Translations under genes and position numbers: made by a program
Part shown: positions 1-8,723 of the stretch, piece after piece
How the letters are laid out: the number at the start of each line of letters is the position of its first letter
Position numbering within the stretch: position 1 is the stretch's first letter
The notes under the pieces: generated by a model
Told to the model about the DNA's origin: nothing
The model's database searches: none
Seen by the model: the letters and a program-made list of their open reading frames with translations, nothing else
NCBI GenBank assembly: GCA_963666835.2
Contig: CAXXGO010000001.1
Span: 864,001 to 928,000 of the forward strand
From: Phycisphaerae bacterium
GTDB taxonomy: Bacteria > Planctomycetota > Phycisphaerae > UBA1845
Direction of reading: 5' to 3'
Length of the DNA: 64,000 bases

Positions 1-2273
1 TAGAGCGCCATGGCCAAGCCGTAGAGGAACTGATAACCGAAGTACATCGCGTTATACTCGAGCACCCCGCCGCACATGGCCCCCAGCAGGTTCAACGCCA
101 TGATCCCGGCGATCCCCTTGCTTGTGCTCAACATGGTCGAGAACACAATCCCCGAGAAAAACACCGGGCATGTCAGGATTACCACGGAAAGTAACCGCCC
201 CCCGGCGGAGGAAGACGTCCCGCCGCTCTTGGCTACGATCAACCCTAACGCCAGGCTGGCCAACAAAGCCAAAAACGGCACCCGCGGGTCCTTCAGCCCC
301 AACCAAGACACCAGGCAGTTTGCCAAGAAGGCCATAACGAGAATGCCGATGATAACGATGCCGATCACCTGCCACGTATTGCCGAACGTCAACCCCAGCT
401 CGGTTATGCCCTTGGTCTCGACCAGCATGAATCCCGCACCCAGGAAGAAGAACGTCAGGTGGTGATAGCTGGGGCGTTGGCTAAGGAAGCTGCCATTTAA
501 CAGCAACACCAGGGCCACCACCAATACCATCATCCCCACGTACGATACCGGATACACTCGCCGGGGCATGTAGAAGAAAGGCCAGTCGTCCGTGGCCATG
601 TCGGCCCGGATCGCCGGGTTCGAATACGTTTCCGAGATCCGATGAAACCCCGCCTCCCGCAGCAGGTTGTCAGAGATAGTCAGCTCGCCGTTGTGGCCCT
701 GGACGAACACTTCCGCTCCGTCGTAATCCCCTTCGATGGCAATGGGGGCATGCCCGTCAAACGCGGCCTTCATCATCAGGTAGATCTTCCGCCCAATTTC
801 CTCCGACAGCGTGCAGAAAGAAAGGCAGAGGACCCCGTCGTCGGCCAGTTTCGCGCGAGCCTCTTTCAGACCCTCCACGGTGTACACGAACGAGTCCAAC
901 CGGACACTCGAGGAGCTGCTAAGCAGTGTGTGGGAATCCAGCAGCCCATAGACAACCAGGTCGTACTTCTCTTTCGTGGTCCGCAGGAACGAACGGGCGT
1001 CGTCCACGACGGTCCTGACACGTGGATCGGAGTACGGCCGCTCCGGATGAAACCGTTCGCCCAAACGCGTAATAACCGGGTCGATCTCCACCGCGTCCAC
1101 GTGCCTGACGTTTGCTCTTAGTGCCGCGGCAACGTCATTTCCGGTTCCCGCGCCGACAACCGCAACCCGTTTCGGAGCTTCGTGGATTCTGTACGGCAGA
1201 TCGTAGTAAGCGGCGACCCGGCGCAGCTCCGGGTCCGTATCCCGATTGGCGTTGGTCGGCGATAGGTCGTGTACGCGCTGGAAATACAGCCCGGCCGCCT
1301 TGAGCTTCATCAAGCCGTGATCGTCGCACGTCCGTTCAACCAACTGATAAGGCGAGTAGATTCGATGCGCCTCAAACGATAACGGCCAGGTCAGCAACAC
1401 GATCGTGGCCAAAGAGAAACCGGCGCCGCACAGCAGGATCCGCCGAGTTGCCGTCTGCAACGCCACCAGCACCGCAAACCCGATCGCAAACCACAGCGGC
1501 GGCGGCGCCCAGCGCGAGCTGATCACCAGCATCGCGACCACTCCGGCGATACTGCCCAGCAGATTCAGGCCGTAGGCCCGCAAGCGGGTCCGCCGCTCCA
1601 TGAGCCGCCCGCAAGCCTGCCCCAACGGGATGAACGTCAGCGCAGTGAGAACAAAAACCACGCCCAAGAATGCGTAGGTCGCTACATATTGTGACAAGCT
1701 GGAGGCAACCGCCATCCCCATGTTGTACTGTTCCACGACCGGGGTCGCTCGCAAGCTAAACAGTAACTGAGGCGGCAACGCCCACTTGAGCAGCGCCAGC
1801 AGCCCGATCTGGCAACCCAGCAGCGGAATGACCATTACCAGCGGGATACGATCGCGTCTCGACAGGGCGTACCCCAATCCCAAGCCGGCGAAACAGGCCA
1901 GCAGCCCCATGTTCTTATAAAACGAAAACAGTGGATACTCGCACGTCTGCAGCCGGATTACCGCCAGTTCAAGAAACAGCCCAACCCCCGCGGAGGCAAA
2001 GATCGCCAAGTCTACATAACGCAAAGGAAGCTGTTCGAACTGCGTGACCTGTCGGCGGGACATGACCTCGATGGCCGGCCGCACCCGACTCAGGACGAAC
2101 CACACAACGAGCATCAGCCCGAGCGTTTTGAGCGCTAACGGCAGCAGCGCTCCCGACATCTCCGCCGGCGCTTCTTCGCCCAGCAGGACCTTCGTGCATA
2201 GTGCTGTGGTTACCGGCAACAGACAACAAGCCAACAACGTGAATCGCAGAAGGCGAAGGTACGATGGAACCAT
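1..2273 (-). CDS. Spermidine-synthase-like polytopic membrane protein with SAM-binding domain (3' end runs off window)
   Basis: Read manually on minus strand (absent from ORF track, no stop in window): MVPSYLRLL..., LFLELAVIR...FYKNMGLLACFAGLGLGY, several TM helices, then VAVVGAGTGNDVAAAL...VDAVEIDP, VVDDARSFL, YGLLDSH. Confidence 0.8.
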   Translation of the reverse strand, partial: MVPSYLRLLRFTLLACCLLPVTTALCTKVLLGEEAPAEMSGALLPLALKTLGLMLVVWFVLSRVRPAIEVMSRRQVTQFEQLPLRYVDLAIFASAGVGLFLELAVIRLQTCEYPLFSFYKNMGLLACFAGLGLGYALSRRDRIPLVMVIPLLGCQIGLLALLKWALPPQLLFSLRATPVVEQYNMGMAVASSLSQYVATYAFLGVVFVLTALTFIPLGQACGRLMERRTRLRAYGLNLLGSIAGVVAMLVISSRWAPPPLWFAIGFAVLVALQTATRRILLCGAGFSLATIVLLTWPLSFEAHRIYSPYQLVERTCDDHGLMKLKAAGLYFQRVHDLSPTNANRDTDPELRRVAAYYDLPYRIHEAPKRVAVVGAGTGNDVAAALRANVRHVDAVEIDPVITRLGERFHPERPYSDPRVRTVVDDARSFLRTTKEKYDLVVYGLLDSHTLLSSSSSVRLDSFVYTVEGLKEARAKLADDGVLCLSFCTLSEEIGRKIYLMMKAAFDGHAPIAIEGDYDGAEVFVQGHNGELTISDNLLREAGFHRISETYSNPAIRADMATDDWPFFYMPRRVYPVSYVGMMVLVVALVLLLNGSFLSQRPSYHHLTFFFLGAGFMLVETKGITELGLTFGNTWQVIGIVIIGILVMAFLANCLVSWLGLKDPRVPFLALLASLALGLIVAKSGGTSSSAGGRLLSVVILTCPVFFSGIVFSTMLSTSKGIAGIMALNLLGAMCGGVLEYNAMYFGYQFLYGLAMAL

Positions 2274-2716
2274 ATCAAGCGGCCCAACACCGTGCCCGGC
2301 ATCCACAAACCGGCCGCGCGCGGTTAACCCGGCCCGGCGGACGACCGCCCGAAACGAACGGTGCGCACATTCCACCGAGCATCCGATAATACTGTCGGCA
2401 TTCCGATAACTCGGCTTCACTTGACCGACCTGACGGGCCAGGCGCCGAGCAGGGGCGCGACATTCCCCGCAGGAGTCCACTTCGCGTGCCAGAACGGGAA
2501 TCTGTTGACTATCTCACCGCGAACCGGATGGACGCGGTGTGCCGGTGTTCCTTTTTCTCGAATCCTCGGCTTCCGGTACAAGGCCTACTTGCATTATGAT
2601 CAACCGGTTGTTTCTACGTGGGGCCGAGCAACGAGCAGCGAAGCCCCGGCCCTGTCCCACCGACGGGCTCGGCAATAGCGGGTAGCCCGGAGGCTGTTCC
2701 GAATTGTGGGGCAATC

Positions 2717-3439
2717 ATGAACTTGCGGAATTCGTACGAGGACGATGCCTACGCGGCCGCCTACGCCAAGCTGGCGTTCCCCGGCACGTATCACCTGGCG
2801 TTCAGGGATCTGCCGGAGCTTCTGTCACGGCATGTTCAAGGCAAGAGGGCTCTGGACTTCGGCTGCGGCACGGGACGGACCCTGCGCTTCCTGACCGAAC
2901 TGGGATTCGACACCGTCGGCGTCGACATTGCCGAGGAGATGGTCAAGGAAGCACGAGCGCTTGATCCGGCCGGTACCTACCATCATGTTAACGACGGAGA
3001 TCTGAGCCGGTTCCCGGACGGCACTTTCGATTTGGTGCTGGCTGCGTTCACTTTCGACAACATCGCGACGGAGACAAAGAAGGTTGCCCTGTTCAGCGAG
3101 CTGGCTCGAGTGCTCAGTGGCGGCGGCAGAATCGTGAACCTGGTCTCGGCTCCCGAGATCTACTTCCATGAATGGGCGTCCTTCTCCACGAAGGACTTCC
3201 CCGAGAACCTCCGGGCGAAGTGCGGAGATGTCGTGAAGATCATCGTAACCGCCCTTGAGGACACCAGGCCGGTAGAGGACATCATTTGGCCGGACGTGGA
3301 CTATCGCAGAGTCTACCGGTCGTCCGGGCTGGACGTAATCGACGTCCACAAACCACTGGGCACGCCGGATGAACCGATCGAGTGGGTCAACGAGACGAAG
3401 ATGCCGCCGTGGGCCATCTACGTGCTGGGCAAGGAATAA
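2717..3439 (+). CDS. Class I SAM-dependent methyltransferase
   Basis: Motif I ALDFGCGTG, VGVDIAEEMV, FDLVL; ATG 2717 preferred over upstream GTG 2618. Confidence 0.85.
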   Translation: MNLRNSYEDDAYAAAYAKLAFPGTYHLAFRDLPELLSRHVQGKRALDFGCGTGRTLRFLTELGFDTVGVDIAEEMVKEARALDPAGTYHHVNDGDLSRFPDGTFDLVLAAFTFDNIATETKKVALFSELARVLSGGGRIVNLVSAPEIYFHEWASFSTKDFPENLRAKCGDVVKIIVTALEDTRPVEDIIWPDVDYRRVYRSSGLDVIDVHKPLGTPDEPIEWVNETKMPPWAIYVLGKE

Positions 3440-3642
3440 CGGTTCCGGTGGATTGCAGACTGCGTCCGTCGGAGACATGTTTCGGCCAATCATGATTGTC
3501 CGCCGCTGGCGGCCAATCGTCATTCCGCAACGTAGCGGCTCGTGGAAGCAAGGTGCATTTAATGAGTCCTCGCGCCGGAGCCCCGCGGATTCGCCATCCC
3601 CAAACAGGATGTCCCCAGAATCAAGGGAGTTCCCGATGCCCC

Positions 3643-3671
3643 TTGACGCGCCAAGAACCAGGGGGTAGCCT
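3643..3671 (+). promoter_or_regulatory. Sigma70-type promoter of tRNA-Met
   Basis: TTGACG-17 bp-TAGCCT ending 15 nt upstream of the tRNA. Confidence 0.6.
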
Positions 3672-3686
3672 CCTCTGACATAATAC

Positions 3687-3759
3687 TGCGGGGTAGAGCA
3701 GTTGGCAGCTCGTCGGGCTCATAACCCGGAGGTCGCAGGTTCGAGTCCTGCCCCCGCTA
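3687..3759 (+). tRNA. tRNA-Met(CAT), initiator type; CCA not encoded
   Basis: Cloverleaf TGCGGGG..GAGC-AGTTGGCA-GCTC..TCGGG-CTCATAA-CCCGG..GCAGG-TTCGAGT-CCTGC-CCCCGCT-A; three G-C pairs in anticodon stem and unpaired 1:72. Confidence 0.95.
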
Positions 3760-3771
3760 GTGACGTAACCT

Positions 3772-3813
3772 ACGCAGGATCAGGAAGTTGCGCTCCGGTC
3801 CTGCGTTTCTTTA
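3772..3813 (+). terminator. Putative intrinsic terminator after tRNA
   Basis: ACGCAGGA...TCCTGCGT stem followed by TTCTT. Confidence 0.5.
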
Positions 3814-4093
3814 TGCGCGGGGGGTGACCAAAAGGTGCCCACCGCGCGCAGCGTAGGACCGAGGCTCTAAGGAAGAGTCAGGTTCTGCGCTGAAAAGAAC
3901 GGTTCTGCGCTCGCCCCGCAGCGCAGACAACACCCGCACACCTCCGATAACTCGTTTTCCGGCGGTGTCCGGGTCTATCTCAAACCGTCTTCGAACCAGC
4001 CTCGAAGCCGGTTCGGTGGGGGGCCTCCGGCCGCGGATACCACGCCAGCGGCCCCTCCGTCATCTCATGCCAAAACACCGGATCCGGTAGGGG

Positions 4094-5417
4094 TGTCCTT
4101 CCCGAGAATCCCATCCAGGCAGCAACGACCCTGCCCAGTGGTGGATTGGCGAGGAGACCGACCCCCAAGAACGACAGTTGCGACGCGTTCGCGGAGTGCC
4201 TGGGTGAGTATGGCGCCGGAATCTGAGGGGAAGCACGTACATCAACCCTGGACGTCTGGTGGCAACCGACGGGCACCAACCTTCAGGCGGCCCGGCGATA
4301 CCGATGATGCAAGCCGCCGACCTGCGGAACTGCGATCACCTTGCCGCATTCAGGCGCCTCAATCTCGCGGGGAATGGGCGAGTTGCGGCTCAGCGACAGA
4401 TGTGCGCGAGCCTCGTGATAATACTCAAGGTAAGAAGAGAGGATGCGCCGGAGATGCCGCTCGTTGAGAACGATGACATGATTGAGGCACTCTCGGCGGA
4501 CACTGCCGTGCAGCCTCTCCACGTATGGATTCTGCCATGGAGATCGTGGGGCCGTTACGACTTCTTCGATACCCATGTTCTCGATCCGCCGGCGGAAGAA
4601 GTCTCCGTAAATCGAGTCACGATCGCGAAGCAAAAAACGAGGCGATTCGTCGAACGGAAACGCTTGGACAATCTGTTGTGCTGTCCACTGCGCTGTCGGA
4701 TGAGCGGTGACGTTGAAATGCGCGACACGTCGCCGATCATGGCGGAGGACGACAAAGGCGAAGAGTATTCGAAACGTCGCTGTCGGTACCGTGAAGAAAT
4801 CGATGGCGACGATGTCTCGAACATGATTATCGAGAAAGGTCCGCCATGTTTGCGACGGGGGCTTGGGATGCCAAACTCTGTAGAGGTCGATGGTCGACCC
4901 GGCTACGTCGTGTCCAAGTAGCGCCAGCTCGGATTTGATACGCGGCGTCCCCCAAAGGACGTTCTCGCGGGACATACGCCGGATCAGCTTGCGGATCTCG
5001 GCATCGATCCTTGGACGACCGGCTTTCCGCGATCGCGACTTCCATCGCCAGTAGAGCTTGAAACCCTGCTTGTGCCAGCGAATGACGGTTTCTGGTTGGA
5101 CGATCAGCAGCGCGGAGCGCCAATTCGACCATAGGCGGGATAGCCATACCCAGAAGATCCGGTCTCGCTTCCGGAGCCGCGGGCGTTTCGCCTTCAGCTC
5201 AAGCGCTGCGAGTTGCTGCCGGAGGGCGAGGTTCTCGGCGGCGAGCTCAGCTCGATCACTCATCACCCCGCGAATGAACAACAACATGATGCGAATCAGA
5301 CCCATTTCACAGGCTCCGGCTGCCGAACACAACGACAGATGAGCCTACCTGAGACACCGAGGCCGTCAAATCGTAAGTCCTTTGTCCACAAGGCGTACGG
5401 AATATTCGGGATGGACA
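4094..5417 (-). mobile_element. Insertion sequence copy 1 (rve integrase-core transposase, IS481/IS3-like, TGT...ACA ends)
   Basis: Near-identical to 26649-27972 (offset 22555); imperfect terminal inverted repeats TGTCCTTCCCGAGAATCCC / TGTCCATCCCGAATATTCC. Confidence 0.85.
4283..5305 (-). CDS. Transposase, integrase core (rve) domain
   Basis: DDE motifs AIDFF, LLRDRDSIYG, SPWQNPYVERLHGSVRRECL; C-terminal GGLHHRYRRAA. Confidence 0.9.
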   Translation of the reverse strand: MGLIRIMLLFIRGVMSDRAELAAENLALRQQLAALELKAKRPRLRKRDRIFWVWLSRLWSNWRSALLIVQPETVIRWHKQGFKLYWRWKSRSRKAGRPRIDAEIRKLIRRMSRENVLWGTPRIKSELALLGHDVAGSTIDLYRVWHPKPPSQTWRTFLDNHVRDIVAIDFFTVPTATFRILFAFVVLRHDRRRVAHFNVTAHPTAQWTAQQIVQAFPFDESPRFLLRDRDSIYGDFFRRRIENMGIEEVVTAPRSPWQNPYVERLHGSVRRECLNHVIVLNERHLRRILSSYLEYYHEARAHLSLSRNSPIPREIEAPECGKVIAVPQVGGLHHRYRRAA

Positions 5418-5521
5418 GGGACTGGCTCCAAACTGATGCCCGCTCGCCGCACCAGGAGACGTCCTTGGCGAGGTGCCTGTCCCCTTCCTTAACCGCGGCG
5501 TACTGCACCGCTTCTGTCACA

Positions 5522-7012
5522 CTACTGCCCGATGATGACCGCTCCGCCGGCGCCGGCAATCGTCAGTGCCTTGGAAACGATGAGGGTCTCGGTCGACGAA
5601 CCTAGCTTGATGAAAGCTGCTTCGCCGCTGCTCGCAGCCGCTACGGCCTCTGCTAGGGTATCGTACGGTTGGTCGAATGTCCCTTCCTCGACCCCCATGA
5701 AGTGGAAGTCCACCCAGAGAGCCTGGGGGGCGGATTCCGTCACCCGTTCGCAGAAGTCGTACAAGTCGATGTGGTGCGGGCACCCGCCAGGGCAGGCGTC
5801 GTATTCCTGGCTCTGTTCGCGCGCGTCGGCGACCCATGAGCCGGCCATCGACGCGTAGAAATCCTGAAGGAACTCCTCCCATCGGGTATCTTGCGGAAAC
5901 TGGATGGTTGTCCCGGTGTAATTCGAGTCGAAGTCGAAACTCTCCTCGGGGAAGTAGACGGCTAGCCCGTGACTCCCGGGCCAGGAGGATCCATGTCTCT
6001 CGGCGAGGACAGCGGAATCAACTGCCATCATCACCCGATGGGCGGCCGCGGCACACTCGGCATTGTTCCCGTTCCAGTCGTATCTCAGAGCCTGCGCGAA
6101 CGCGTCGATCCTGGACGCCAGGTCATTTATTGAGGATAAGCCGATCATCGAGTGAGTCTGACTGTCCCCGTACGATTCATAATAGCGAGAGACCATGGTA
6201 CTGCCGAGGTCGGTCGTGCTCATCAGTGGGTCCGCTACCAGATCAGCCAGTAACATATCATAAGGCCATCCGTCGTTCGGCTCGCTTCTCTCCGAACCCA
6301 CCATTACCCTGGCATGCTCGCGAATCTCGTATGCGACCTCGACCATTCCCATCAGGCAAGCGTCGAACCCCACCAGATCCAACTCCTGGACATCGATCTC
6401 GATGACTTGCAGTGCGTTGCCCAGTTCCTGCATGAAGAGAATGTCGCCATCAGCACAGCATCCATCATCCAGGTCACACGTCGCGCCGTGCATGTCGCAA
6501 TCGGGAGAATCCTGGCTGCACGGAACACACTCGTCAGAGCACACAGCCCGGGAAGGACGAGATTCGCCGCGCGCGTGCCACCCGGAACCGTGATCCCAGA
6601 GCACCACCGCATATCTCGAGGCCGGGTAGGTCTGCATCCCCCACTCGACAAAGTCAACCAGCGTCTGAGGGTCGCCCATATTGACCTCGCCGATGCTTGC
6701 GCCCCAGGTCGTGTCCGGCTCATCGCCAGGGTCGATTAACCCACGTCGTGTATCCGTCCAGTCGTCGTGGCCGGTGTCCCAACCCACATGCCGATCGAAT
6801 TGGACAACGATGTTAACATTTTCATCCGAGCCGACGTCGGCCATTTCCAGAAAGTCGCCAATCCCCGCAGGCTCCAGATTGTTATCGGCGTCCATGTAAA
6901 TCAGTAAGGTCCACTCGGCCTGTTCCGGTTGCGCCATGGCGCTGGGCGCGAGCCAGGTCAGACATAGCAGTCCGGGAAGGAACAGGGCCTTGATTGTCCT
7001 TGCGGTAAACAT
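5522..7012 (-). CDS. Secreted clostripain-family (C11) cysteine peptidase
   Basis: Signal peptide; WTLLIYMDADNNLE, NMGDPQTL, catalytic His LWDHGSGW and Cys GFDACLMG. Confidence 0.9.
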   Translation of the reverse strand: MFTARTIKALFLPGLLCLTWLAPSAMAQPEQAEWTLLIYMDADNNLEPAGIGDFLEMADVGSDENVNIVVQFDRHVGWDTGHDDWTDTRRGLIDPGDEPDTTWGASIGEVNMGDPQTLVDFVEWGMQTYPASRYAVVLWDHGSGWHARGESRPSRAVCSDECVPCSQDSPDCDMHGATCDLDDGCCADGDILFMQELGNALQVIEIDVQELDLVGFDACLMGMVEVAYEIREHARVMVGSERSEPNDGWPYDMLLADLVADPLMSTTDLGSTMVSRYYESYGDSQTHSMIGLSSINDLASRIDAFAQALRYDWNGNNAECAAAAHRVMMAVDSAVLAERHGSSWPGSHGLAVYFPEESFDFDSNYTGTTIQFPQDTRWEEFLQDFYASMAGSWVADAREQSQEYDACPGGCPHHIDLYDFCERVTESAPQALWVDFHFMGVEEGTFDQPYDTLAEAVAAASSGEAAFIKLGSSTETLIVSKALTIAGAGGAVIIGQ

Positions 7013-7081
7013 GATAGCGTGCCTCGTCTGTTGTCATGTGACCATCACCAGCGATGTCTCGACCGGTCACATGCTTGCCAC

Positions 7082-8698
7082 TCATTCGTGGACGATCGTT
7101 ATGTCGTATCCCTTCAGCGTATACGGGCGGTCAATCACTAGCGATGTCCCGGCAAACGTATTGGTCGACCCGGACTTGAATATGAGGGTGGTCCCGTCGG
7201 CCGCCTCATCCACCGCGGCGGCGATACCGCCGTAGGGCGTCGCGGGCCACCCGTTGCCGGTGGCGCCGTTGCCGACGAACGCGACCGAGCCGGGCGCGAT
7301 TCGGATGACGTGTTGCTGGTTTGCGGTGTAGCCGAGATCAACATCATCGCAGACGTACCAGCCGTCGTCATCACCGCCCCTTCCGAGGTTCATCATGAAA
7401 CTCGTGTTCGGATCCGTGGCCGTGTCGTACCCGTACGCGACCCAGGCATGACCGACCGACTGGCCGGGCCGGTTGCCCCTGATCACCAAAGGCCGCAGCC
7501 ATTGGATCTCCTCGGTCATCGCGGCAATACTGCGATTGGAGTAGTGCGGTATGTAGTACTTGAAATAGGAGTACAGGGCATTAACAACGTCCCCCGTCTG
7601 GGCCGTGGACAGAAAGAGGCCCCAGTCCATCTTCACGGCCACGCCGACATGGAAGCAGAGCTTCGCAACCTCATCGTCGGGCGCGCCGTCGCCGTCGACA
7701 TGCTCGTCATGCATCAGGTCCCAGTCATACGTGGTCGCCCCGAAGTCGGCCTCTACGAGCGCCAAGTGCCAGCCGACGCGCGACCATAGCTCGGCAAGTG
7801 CGCCCAGGTACGCGGGGTCGTCGGAGATCTCCTGCGCCTTCTTGTAGGCGCTGTTATCCCAGTCACCACTCGCGCGCAACATCGCGACCGGCCCGCTGTG
7901 CCACTCCAATCGGCCTTGCCACACACTTGAGTCGATTCCGGGATCCGTGGCGAGTTGCGTGGCTTCCCAGTCGTCGAATCGGGCGAAGGCCCAGCTCGTG
8001 CCATAGGAACCCACGCCGGTTTCCGGCCACTGCCAGTAGTACATGGTCTGAGCCGTGGCCAGGGCAACACAACCGACCTTTGGATGTTCCTCCGGAGGCG
8101 CCGGGTGCCCTGGGGGGCCGGCCATGCTGGGACACCAGTCGTTGTAGGGTGAGCGCTGCGACCAGATGCTCGTCAACGGCAGGATCAGCATCTCCGGGTC
8201 GGCTCTGCCGCGCGCGGGTGCCCGCCCCACGGAGAGATCCGCCCACATCGCGGAACGATCAGCCATGGTATCCACATACGACTCGAGCTTTGGATCGTCC
8301 TTCTCTTCCGCCTCCTTAATCGCCGCAAGGCGCGCCGTGATCTCCCACAGAATGAACTGATGATTCGGGTCGTCGGGATCGTAAGTCCCTTCGGGGCTGT
8401 AGAAGTAGACCGGAAGAACCAGATCGTCCGCCCCGGACAGGCAGAAACCTCCGCCCGCAAGATGGACGATGTAGGCGACAGTCGCGCCATCGACTACATA
8501 AGGTTCCATACGTTCCACGGCGGCGTCGGCTCGCGCATCCGTAATGACTCCTTGCAACCAGGTCTCCACGGCGGCCGCAACTTCCTGCTCCGTCTTCGGC
8601 TCAGCACACAGCGGCACGACGGCGAAGAGCAGGCACAACACGGCGCTCATCCGGGAGAACGAGACCATCGCGGAGACTCGGGAGACACTCGCGTTCAT
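7082..8698 (-). CDS. Secreted streptopain-family (C10) cysteine peptidase with propeptide
   Basis: Signal peptide; propeptide GGFCLSGADDLVLPVYFYS; WSQRSPYN, VGCVALATAQTMYYWQWP, GHAWVAYGY; RBS AGGAG before ATG 8698. Confidence 0.85.
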   Translation of the reverse strand: MNASVSRVSAMVSFSRMSAVLCLLFAVVPLCAEPKTEQEVAAAVETWLQGVITDARADAAVERMEPYVVDGATVAYIVHLAGGGFCLSGADDLVLPVYFYSPEGTYDPDDPNHQFILWEITARLAAIKEAEEKDDPKLESYVDTMADRSAMWADLSVGRAPARGRADPEMLILPLTSIWSQRSPYNDWCPSMAGPPGHPAPPEEHPKVGCVALATAQTMYYWQWPETGVGSYGTSWAFARFDDWEATQLATDPGIDSSVWQGRLEWHSGPVAMLRASGDWDNSAYKKAQEISDDPAYLGALAELWSRVGWHLALVEADFGATTYDWDLMHDEHVDGDGAPDDEVAKLCFHVGVAVKMDWGLFLSTAQTGDVVNALYSYFKYYIPHYSNRSIAAMTEEIQWLRPLVIRGNRPGQSVGHAWVAYGYDTATDPNTSFMMNLGRGGDDDGWYVCDDVDLGYTANQQHVIRIAPGSVAFVGNGATGNGWPATPYGGIAAAVDEAADGTTLIFKSGSTNTFAGTSLVIDRPYTLKGYDITIVHE

Positions 8699-8723
8699 CA
8701 CCGCACTCCTTCCGTCGCTTTTG

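Noticed and set aside
4259..4921. 220-aa plus-strand ORF (also 26814-27476, and 14984-15385)
   Set aside because: Antisense shadows of rve transposases with clear DDE motifs on the minus strand
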